Source of the DNA: Eledone cirrhosa
Lineage: Eukaryota
NCBI GenBank assembly: GCA_964016885.1
Contig: OZ024740.1
Coordinates: 11,780,001-11,844,000 of the forward strand
Reading direction: 5' to 3'
Length of the DNA: 64,000 bases
Part shown: positions 54,324 to 64,000 of the stretch, in pieces
Numbering within the stretch: position 1 is the stretch's first letter
How the letters are laid out: each line of letters begins with the position of its first letter
The notes under the pieces: generated by a model
What the model saw: only the letters and a program-made list of their open reading frames with translations
Database searches by the model: none
Told to the model about the DNA's origin: nothing
Program-made: the position numbers and the translations under genes

Positions 54324-55384
54324 TTAATAAAATTGTACACTTCAAAAACTATTTGAAATACCAACAAGGTTTACCAGAAGATCTAAAACCCATTTCTAAG
54401 ATACACTAAACTACCATGTCAAAAACTGAACTTGAAAAACCCCGTTTAATTTAGCGTTCTCTACAGAAATCTCTCCAGAAAACATCTTGAAAGAGAGAAA
54501 GAAATTTAGAATCGTTTTTTTTAATATTTTTTTTAAAATGTTTTTTAAATAAAAATCAAACCAGGATAGCAGCAGTGTAATACAATCAGCAGTGTATAGT
54601 CTTATCTTAATCATTTCCTTTGAGACATTTTCAAAGATACATGACAATTCTTTTTTAGATTTAAATTCTTTCAACAAATGAAAATGACAAAATTAAAAAG
54701 AAAAATAATAATAAAAGGATAATTGTTGATGACCATCAGACATTCCACAGCTGCATGCTAATTTATACAATATATAAAATACATATATTTGTGTTCATAT
54801 AGACATGCAGTGATTGGACAAGAATGCTGCAACAACAATTACAAAACCAAGTGTGAAAGGGTAAAAAAGAAAAAGGTGCAAGAAAAAACAATGAATAAAA
54901 AATATAAATATATATATATAATACTGTTTTCTAATAAATTTCAATGAATAATATATAGCATAAATCTTCACAATAATTGAAATAGAAAAATATGATAAAA
55001 CATCAAATATAAAGACCCCCGGATGGAGTCATGGCTGGTCATGTAACAAAGGGGGCAATGAGAAAGTTCGGAGGGGGTAACTTTGGTCATATAAGAAAAT
55101 ACATTTTTTTTTTTTTTGCCATCTCACTAAAAATTACTTTTTATATCCAACAACCTTTCAGAAAGTGACTAAAGACACAATGTAGTAATAGTACTAATAG
55201 TAGTATTTCATGTTACAATAGATCTAGTTGACTGTATTGTTATACTACACAAGCAACAGAGCACAGCAATAGAAGAAGACTCTATAAATCTACCCAGTCA
55301 GTAAAAAGAACAGACAAACAGACAGACAAGCAGACATAGGTCTATATTCTTCCAGTTTGGAATTATTATTATTATGCTACTACA

Positions 55385-55550
55385 TAATGGTTTCTGATTT
55401 AGGCACAAGGCCAGCACTTTTAGGGAGGCGAAAGTCAATTAAATCAACCCCAGTGTGTGTTACAGGTACTTTATTTTATCAACCCCATAAGGATGAAAGG
55501 CAAAACTAACCTCAGCAGGATTTGAACTCAGAACATAAATGGACATAAAA
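55385..55550 (-). mobile_element. Nin-domain SINE fragment
   Basis: ggtactttattttatcaaccccataaggatgaaaggcaaaactaacctcagcaggatttgaactcag. Confidence 0.7.
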
Positions 55551-57165
55551 AGGTAATTCTGCTTAGTCTATTCATGTCATGTTAACAGATAAACATTGTT
55601 TGATATTTTTTTCAATTTCTAAAGACACAGGTTCATACTAAGATAATTTACTGATAAACAACATATCTTAATGCACTGGTCAGTTTAACACCACCACCTG
55701 GCCTTTGGCTGCCTCTAGCAGAGTTAACTGTTGTAAACATTCATTCCAGGACTTCTATTTGAGGATATCTTCTGCCACCACTTTCAGAAGCCCTGAACAG
55801 TGTCATAGGCTATTCCCTTCTTAACTAAATTTGTAAAATAAAGAAAAGAAAGATATTTAAGAGCACTATAAAATATATTATAGTAGCAGAGAAAGTGTGT
55901 GTAGTGTTATATATTAAACAATTGGTAAAATAGTTCTAGAACTATTAAAGACCTAGTATAGTAACATTAGAACTATATTATACAATGGTCAGAAAACTAT
56001 TGGTTTCTCATGATGATTATAACTCAACTAGTATTTTGTTTTAAATCATACCACGTTTATTAAGAGTATATTTCAAAATCACCGACCATGTTAGCATGTC
56101 ACAACAGATGTAAAATAATAGAAAATAACATGATTATTGTTATTATATATATACATTGCTGTTTCAACAGTAAATTCAAGACCGAGTCTGGAATTTGTTA
56201 TTGAAACAGCAAGAGCTCAGACGTTGGGCCCGGACTCTCTTCTCTCTCATATACATATCAAGTTAATTCACCCCTCATGTTAAGTAAATATGTTTACCTT
56301 ATCCACAAAATTGATGAACTAATAGTTAAAGGGCCCTTAACTAGTGGAGTCAAAGAGGTGCCAATGACACACAGCATGTGCACTGAGTGTGTACTGCATG
56401 TATTGCATATGCAGTATATATTGCATGTGCATTGCATATACACTGCATGTGTTGCACATGTAGTATATATTGCATGTGCATTGTGTACTGTGTATTGCAT
56501 GTGCAGTGTGTATATGCATGTGCTGCACGTCAACATATGTGATAGTCTGTGCATGTGATAAATAATGTTCAGAGAGACAAAACTAAATACAACTTCACAA
56601 GATGGAAATTACTTAAAACAATATCAAAACAGTCTCTTCTGATACCAACCTCCCAAAACCAACTGTTTCTATAATACAAAAATAATTCTTAAAGTGCTCC
56701 TACTTAAATTAAAATTCAACATTGTTTGATATAAGAACCTTCTGTTAAACAATGATGATGATGATGTCACAAATACTATTTAATATTGAAATAATTTTAG
56801 TAAGTCCTTTCAAATGTGTTATCATTATCATCACCAATTATCATCTATTTTCCACACTAGCATGGGTTAGATGAGTTGTCCTGTTGTGAAAAGTCAAATC
56901 AGGTGACCATGTCTTGCTCACACAGAACTGTTTGGTTTCTATGGCAGGATGCCCTTCCTAACGCCAACCATATTTACAGCATATCTCATTAGAAATATAG
57001 TAATGAAAAAATTAACTGTCAAAATCCTTAACTACTCTTCAACATTACTTCCATTAAACCCAGAACAATATTTAAAAATCAATGGTGAGGGGTCAAAGGG
57101 TCATTATTTGACCAACATATTACCAAATACAACTATAAATATCAACTATTTTTATGGTTATTTAA

Positions 57166-57373
57166 CCCTTTAATATTTATACCGACCATATCTGGCCAGA
57201 ATTCTCTCATCTCTTACTGTTCAAACTGACCATAACCGGCCACTCATACCCACATTAAGGTATTGTTCTCAAAATAAATAATATCAAAATCTCATAGATT
57301 CGATATTATGTGAGATAAAGCCTTTACTGTGAAAATATAATAGTAAATATAGAATAATGTGAATGCTAAAGTG
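57166..57373. mobile_element. piggyBac-like MITE
   Basis: TTAA|ccctttaatattt ... aatgctaaagtg|TTAA. Confidence 0.7.
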
Positions 57374-60207
57374 TTAACAGATATGCTACAAATTTTGGTT
57401 TACAATTTCAAAACTTGCTCTAGCTAGTGAAATGGTAAAAAAGCCTTAGAATAGAAGAACTGTTTTATGGTTTTAATTCCAGTTCTTTGCATTCTGAGTT
57501 CAAATATCTTCAAGGTCAACTTAACTGCTCAATTTTCCAGAGGTGATAAAATAGAATACCAGTCATGTGCAGTGGATTGGCAGAATTGGTAGAGTGTCGA
57601 ACAAAATATTTTTCACTTTTTCTCCCAGTTCTTTGAATTCTGAGTCCAGATCCCACCATGGCCTACTTGGGGAATAGACATAACTTTAACACCATCACCT
57701 GGCTCTCAGTTGCCTTTAATGGAGTCTATCCTGCTGCAAGCATTTAGGCCATGTCTCTGGTTTGAGGATATTTTCCTACCTCCCTCTCACCAGTTTTAGA
57801 GCCCTAATCAAGGTTATGGGTGCTGCCCTCCACAACCCAAATATTAAATATCTGTGTGTGCATGCATTTCCAAATCAATGAGGAGAGAGGTATCATTGTT
57901 TGACCAACACATGACCAAATACAACCTCTATATTGTTGGTTGTTCGTTACATATCCTACAATAAATTTTAGTTCACAATTCTAAAACCTGCTTTAGACAT
58001 TACTATATCTAAGAAGTAAACAGTTGAATGTCAGTCTCTCTGGCTGGAGTTAACGTATTAGGTAAAAACCAGACCTGTCTTGTTAGTATATATTATAATT
58101 ATGATAAGGGTTTTAGGTACCCATGTAGCCAGGAACAGGCACAAACACCCTCTTGTTCCTCCTTCACCCTTTCTTGATCCAGTGGAACATCTAGGACAGC
58201 TAGAGTAAGGTTAAAGAAGGCAACATCAGCAGTGAACTGTTAATTTCTTTCACACTGAGAGGATGAAAGCTAAAGTAGACCTCGGCAAGATTTGAAATTG
58301 AACACAGGGTAACAGAACAAATATACAATGTTCCAATGACTGCAAATATCAACAGCTAAGTTCTGAAGGAGGATTAATTACACCTAATAGGATCTACCAT
58401 ATTACATAGTCTCACTACTAAACACCACACTTATTGCCACTAAAATTAATATTTAGGAAACAGGAAAACTAAACCAGCTTTGAAATCGCTTGACTCAATT
58501 GCATGCAATATATACATGCACGCGCACACAAAATATATTTTTATTGAAAGAATTGACTGAACAAGTTTCATCTCAGTGAAGAATTATCAGGCTGTACCTT
58601 CAATTCCCTCAGTAAAAATATATCCTCAGAGCATGTATTGAGTTCTGTTTTGTCTCAAGGTAGCCATTGTTAGTAGTGTATGTATATATCATCGTATTAT
58701 ATCACACACAGGTTAGTATTTAGAGCATGAGAGTTAAAACAATTCCATGCAAGCAAACATATTAAGTTGAACTGATGGAGAATGACAACAATACTACTTC
58801 TGTCTCTCCTTTCTCCAGTTTAACAATCTGGTAAGGAAACAGAAGCAGGGACTATTTCTTGGAACTATTTTAGAAAACTAATGACAACTTTTTTCCTTGG
58901 TAAATTAATAAATTAATTTAATAAACAATAGAGAGAATTTTTTTCACTGAAATAAAAAAAAAGAAAAACAGACTGAAAGAGCAGCAACAGGTAAAAACAA
59001 GTTACTGATAGATTACCCTCACTGATTAATATTATTTTCACCAAATAAGATCCATCTTGAATACTAATACCATTCTTGTATTAATGGAGCTTTTTAATTA
59101 GGAAGAAGAAGAGTAAATTTACAGTTGAAAGTTCTGTAATATGACGACATAAACACAAAAAAAAAGATTTTAAAAAAAAAGGTGGAGAAAACCACTTCAC
59201 AAAGCCACTTTCAGGACCAAATTAATGTTGGTTGGAAAGTCTGGCCTTCTCTGAAGCTTGAAGAGACAAAGAGAAGTTATTATCAGTCATGTCACAAGAA
59301 AACAGGAGAGAAAGAAAGAAAGGAAAAAGTAGATTAGAAGAAATATTGAAGAAATTCTACAAATTCAAAGATTATTTGTTGTTCAAGAATGGATTTCGGT
59401 GAGAAACATTAAAAATCTAAGCTGAAGAAAATGAACTCTTGAGGTTGTAACATTGATGTTTCACTGTTGCCAAGATTTTAAAGCCTTCTATCAAACAGCT
59501 TTTCCTCTCTCTGCATGTTGAGATCAAGCTTCATCAGTTATCAGAACCAGTTTTAGATTTAGTATAGTTCATTCTGCCAGGAGTATCAAACGTGCTTTCC
59601 AGTTTCTCAAAACTGGAAAGAAACAGAAGTCTTTACAAACACAAGCAAATAAAAATAGGACAAAGAAGAAAAAAATAGGGGAAAAAATAAAACCAAAGTA
59701 GGTTTTAAAAAAAAAGCTTCATATTTCTCCATCTACAACGATAAAATATGTACATGATAAATAGCAAACGTGCTGACAAGGAAATAGTAGTGAGACTAGC
59801 AGATAATAGCAAAAAGAGCAGCCAACTAACTTTATGTGGTTCAGGTTGTTTATCGCAGAAAAAAAATATATATATAAAACCCTCAGAGTGCTTTCCACCA
59901 ATAGGAGAGGAACAAGCAAATAGCAGAAACACAAAGAAAAAAAGCGATAGTGAGAGATATGTGTGCCAGGCCATTACAATTTATATTATAACCTGGCTCC
60001 AAAACTCAAACAGTAAATGTTAAGATAATATTTATCCAAATCTCATTTGACTAGACTGTCTTAGAGATGGAATTAACATATGAAAACTAGTTTGAAATCA
60101 ACAAAAATTGTCAGCTGAGCAAAAGAAGCAAGTTAAAAGCTAAAGAAATTATTTTCAAATTTTGTTAACTGCTAGGCTTTTTTAAAGAAACTTATTTTAT
60201 AAAACAA

Positions 60208-60385
60208 ATAATTGTTTCTACTTTTTGGCACAAGGCCAGCAATTACCCAGTGCATTACTGGTACTTTATTTTATCGACCCCGTAAGGATGAAAGGCAAAG
60301 TTAACCTCGGCAGGATTTGAACACAGATCATAAAGGGACGTAACTCTATGCTTCAAAGCATGGTGTCCGACTCTCTACCGATCAA
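60208..60385 (-). mobile_element. Nin-domain SINE
   Basis: ctggtactttattttatcgaccccgtaaggatgaaaggcaaagttaacctcggcaggatttgaac. Confidence 0.7.
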
Positions 60386-61559
60386 ATAATGCTTTAAAAT
60401 TTCCGACATGAAAGTCTGAAAAATTAATTTTCATCTTCTTAAGATATATCTATATTAATAATAATGACTTTAACAAGAATAATAATTGTTTCTAACGAAA
60501 CACAAGGCCAGAAATTTGGGGTGCAGGGGTTAGTGAATTTCATAGCTTCAGGACAAGCAAAAGGTAAAGTTGACCTCAGCAGGATCTGAACTCAAAATTT
60601 AGAGAGGTGGAACAAACAACACAAGAGATTTTGTCCAATGCTCCATTGATTCTGCTAATCCACAGCCCCGCCCTGCCTTGCAATGATATCAAATTAAATC
60701 TACCCCAGTATATGACTGGTAAATATTTTATCAACCCCTAGGAGTATAAAGGTCAAGATTTTAACTTAGAATATAGATAGCCCTAACTAAGGCATTAGGT
60801 TTGATCCTCTATATCCCTGCTTGTAACAATTTCTAACACAGGTACAAGGTCAAAATATTTGGGCTATTAGTTGCTCAATATTAATATAATATATATATAT
60901 ACCAGTTGGTCAACACTAACACAATATATCACTGTCCTTCAGTTGCTACAGTTTTCTTCGTCCTCTTGGTACAAACTGCTGATATCCTCTCTTTCCACCT
61001 AGCAATTCTTACATATGCACTCAATATTATCTTGTCTACTGATCTGGTTTCCTCACACTCTTCTGTATATAGCATGAAACCCCACTGTATGTGAGAAAGT
61101 CAGTCTGTGAGTATGTGTGTGTATGTATGTATGTGAAATGTACTTGTTCAACATTGGTTTTTTGCCAATTTACTGCAAAAAGGACTCACTTCATACTGAC
61201 CATGAGGTTGCATTTGGTAAATTTCTCCCTAGGGTTCAAGCCTGAGAAAGAAGTTTTGAGGAGGATCAACAATTAGCCACACAAGCCAGTCTCCTCTCTC
61301 CATGCCAACAAAGTTATCCAAGGAAAAGTCAAAGGCTGATACAGCTTGGCGCTAGTGTCCTTGTAATTCACCTTTTCCAGCTGAGTGGACAGGAGAAACA
61401 TGAAATAAAGTATCTTGTTCAAGTACACATTGTGCTACCAAGGCCAGGAATTGAACTCATGATTTTATGATTGGGAGCCCAAAACTCTAACCACTAAGCC
61501 ACTACTTTTGTATATGAACCTTACTAAACCAAGACCTATGGTTGAGTACTATCTTTCTT

Positions 61560-61800
61560 CTTCTCTGCACCTTTATTCCTGAGAGAGTCATGGAAGAAGA
61601 GTCCTCCAACAGGCCTTCCAACGGGTCCTGTCAGAAACAACCGTCTCCAATTGATCCAACTGCGTCCCCAAGCAAGACCAGCCAAGCTTATGGATATTAT
61701 CCAACCATCTTGATCAGGGTCTACCACAGGCTCTCCTGCCCATTGGTTTTGCCAGTAACATCTGTCCAGCAATTCTTTCCCGAGATATTTTAACCACATG
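61560..61800 (-). mobile_element. Old LINE 3'-end remnant
   Basis: Minus strand reads as a decayed LLAKPMGRRACGRP*SRWLDNI, a typical LINE ORF C-terminus. Confidence 0.4.
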
Positions 61801-62505
61801 TCCGTAGTATCAAAGCTGTAATCTCTCAATTCAGAGAAGTAGCAGCTCCTTTCACTGAACAAAATGTGATTCTACTACAGTTGAACAATACATACTGACA
61901 AATCCAATAGAATCTCAAATATTTGTAACTTTTTCAGGACCCTACCCCCAAACTCCTACCCTTAACTTTCACAGATATTGCAATATATACAAGAGCTTGT
62001 TTTTTTTTATAAAAAGAAAGGAAAAAAAAGAAACAAAGCTTAATAATTCCTCCAGACAACAACCAACCAAACAGATTAAGAATCGTCACAGTTTTTTCAT
62101 CCAGTTTTCCATGCTGACATGGTTTGACCGATGTACATCCTGATGCCAGCCCATACTTTATTTTAAAAGTATGATGTATATACCACTGATGTTCAGCAAA
62201 CTGCTAAACTGCAGAACATATTGCTTATGTGGGATATAAATAAATGACACCACTTGCTTTAAAGAAAGGTACATGCAGTGAACTGACACAGACACACATA
62301 TATAATGGCCTTCAGTTTCAATCTACCAAATTCACTCACAAAGCATTGGTTGGTCAAAGACTATACTAAAAGACACTTTGCCCAAGGTGCCACACAATGA
62401 CATAGAACCCCAAACCATACAGCCATGCCTTTGCCTAACAATGAACAATATTAAACATGTCAGTATCGAATTGCACAAGACTGCTACAGGTTCTATGATA
62501 CTTAA

Positions 62506-62715
62506 CCTTTTAGCATTTATAACGGTTGTATCCGGCCAAAATTATTTCCCCTTTTTTGAAACTGGCCGTAACCAGCAGATCATACTGACATGAAGATATC
62601 GTTCTTAAAATAAACAATAACATCATCAAAATCTCTTAGACTCGAGATTATGTGAGATAAAGACTTTACCATGAATATAAAATAGTAAATATAGAATAAT
62701 GTAAATGCTAAAGTG
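62506..62715. mobile_element. piggyBac-like MITE
   Basis: TTAA|ccttttagcattta ... taaatgctaaagtg|TTAA. Confidence 0.75.
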
Positions 62716-62989
62716 TTAAACTTGGCATTTCAAACAGTTCATTTTTAAATTCAAAGCATCCATCATAAATATATTTTACTAATTACTATTAAGGAATTTA
62801 CAAAAACAACAACAAATTAGAAGTAAATTCCTTACTTTTTCAATTATCCAGCATCTCATATATATGTCCACACAGCATCTCTTTCTCACACACTAAAGTT
62901 GATAATCTGTACCCCTCTATATGTGTAGTGTCACTATAACAAATATACAGACACACACACACACATATACATATATTATATATACATAC

Positions 62990-63435
62990 ATGGTGGCTGC
63001 CAACTCGTTTTCGAGTACGGCCACTACTTTATATCCATGTTGGAGAACCCCTACCGATGCGCTGAACGAGTGTGAGTTTTTAGTCCAGCCAGTGAAGCTT
63101 TTATAGTGAGCAAAGGCACTGCACAAAGCCAGTCCCACTCTCTTAACCAAGATGATATTTACCAAAAAGAAGAACAAGTCAACATCATTGGATACCATCA
63201 GGGTTGCAGGTGTTATATCAGAGTTTTCCTTCTCCTAGAATTCTGCCTTGACAAAGGCTAAGGGGTCATCTCTCCCAGTGATTTTGGATGGCCATTGACT
63301 CTTAAGAGCTCCTTTGCCTTTTGACAGGTTTTGTTTTTAGTCCTGCAGGATGTCCAAAGTCACCCTCCTCACCAAGAAACCTTGGTGGAGTTGCCAGTTT
63401 AGTCGCCAACGACCCGACCATGAAACAGGTTGTAT
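62990..63435 (-). mobile_element. Bipartite RTE-derived element, longest 5' end, ~120-bp internal deletion
   Basis: Matches 30567-31010 and extends ~125 bp further 5'. Deletion junction at ccagccag|tgaagc. Confidence 0.7.
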
Positions 63436-63479
63436 ACATACATACACACACATGCATATATATAGCTAGATAGATAGAT

Positions 63480-63536
63480 GGGTGGTGCTAATGAGTTAGA
63501 CATGGCCTGGGCTAATACTAGCCGAAACCTATCAAT
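63480..63536 (+). mobile_element. Extreme 3' end of a family C-related LINE followed by (TA)n
   Basis: ggtggtgctaatgagttagacatggcctgggctaatactagccgaaac, similar to the reverse complement of 12560-12612. Confidence 0.7.
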
Positions 63537-63552
63537 ATATATATATATATAT

Positions 63553-63680
63553 ATGACCAGTTCTATCCAGTGGTGAAGCAACAAACCCAAATATATATAT
63601 ATATATATGTTTTTATAGATATTTCCCAATATATATATATATTTGGGTTTGTTGGCTCACCACTGGATAGAACTGGTCAT
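63553..63680. repeat. Foldback inverted repeat (~48-bp arms, 2 mismatches)
   Basis: atgaccagttctatccagtggtgaagcaacaaacccaaat... and its reverse complement ending at 63680. Confidence 0.85.
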
Positions 63681-63817
63681 TCCGTATGGTCAATCTCGAT
63701 GTAACATTATGGAGAGTACTCAACGTAATACAACTCCCCCGTCTTCGTTTGTGTAGTTGGTGGTGCGAGTACGGAGTTAATTATTATAAAATACCAGTCC
63801 AGCCTCCTGTTATTTTA

Positions 63818-63863
<46 letters not shown>

Positions 63864-64000
63864 CCAATATATGTACTACAAAACACTCCAATAGGTCAGT
63901 TGAGTTAGTTTGAATAATAGAAAAGGAGGGAAAATAACTTTATAGTACATCTAGTACACTTAATGTCACCCCAACTTAATCCATAATCAGATTTAACACA

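Noticed and set aside
56360-56555. TGCA-rich stretch with overlapping ORFs
   Set aside because: Decayed low-complexity alternating purine/pyrimidine repeat.
59534-59612. Possible minus-strand exon after a good acceptor (FEKLESTFDTPGRMNYTKSKTGSDN*)
   Set aside because: Short, ends in a stop, has no recognisable homology, and cannot be supported without RNA data.
60903-61085. AG...GT-bounded minus-strand segment
   Set aside because: Stops in all three frames and no recognisable product.

Overview
Repeat-dense animal genomic DNA. The SINE/LINE families and the huge irregular (TA)n arrays suggest a coleoid cephalopod such as octopus (inference). Host coding sequence is limited to two glutathione reductase (GSR) exons on + (1241-1373, 1548-1602) and one 914-bp Pro/Ser-rich exon on - (48742-49655, probably CAMSAP/Patronin). 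From ~7.3 to 48.1 kb, retroelements sit one after another inside (TA)n/(TATG)n arrays: an intact-ORF R4/Dong-like RLE element, full-length and truncated RTE LINEs whose RT carries a PHD-type finger, two CR1/L2-group LINE families (a third, older one lies at 3.3-5.3 kb), a decayed Naiad-like Penelope element and a bipartite RTE-derived non-autonomous element. The most notable feature is a 466-bp tandem array (39511-41339, plus an inverted solo copy at 37871-38257). Each unit carries a minimal type I hammerhead ribozyme, making it a candidate retrozyme / circular-RNA-producing element. The long Y/I/M/C-rich ORFs in the track are microsatellite artefacts. There is a 200-N gap at 26921-27120, and assembly artefacts cannot be excluded. 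All family calls are by motif recognition, not database search, and element boundaries are approximate.
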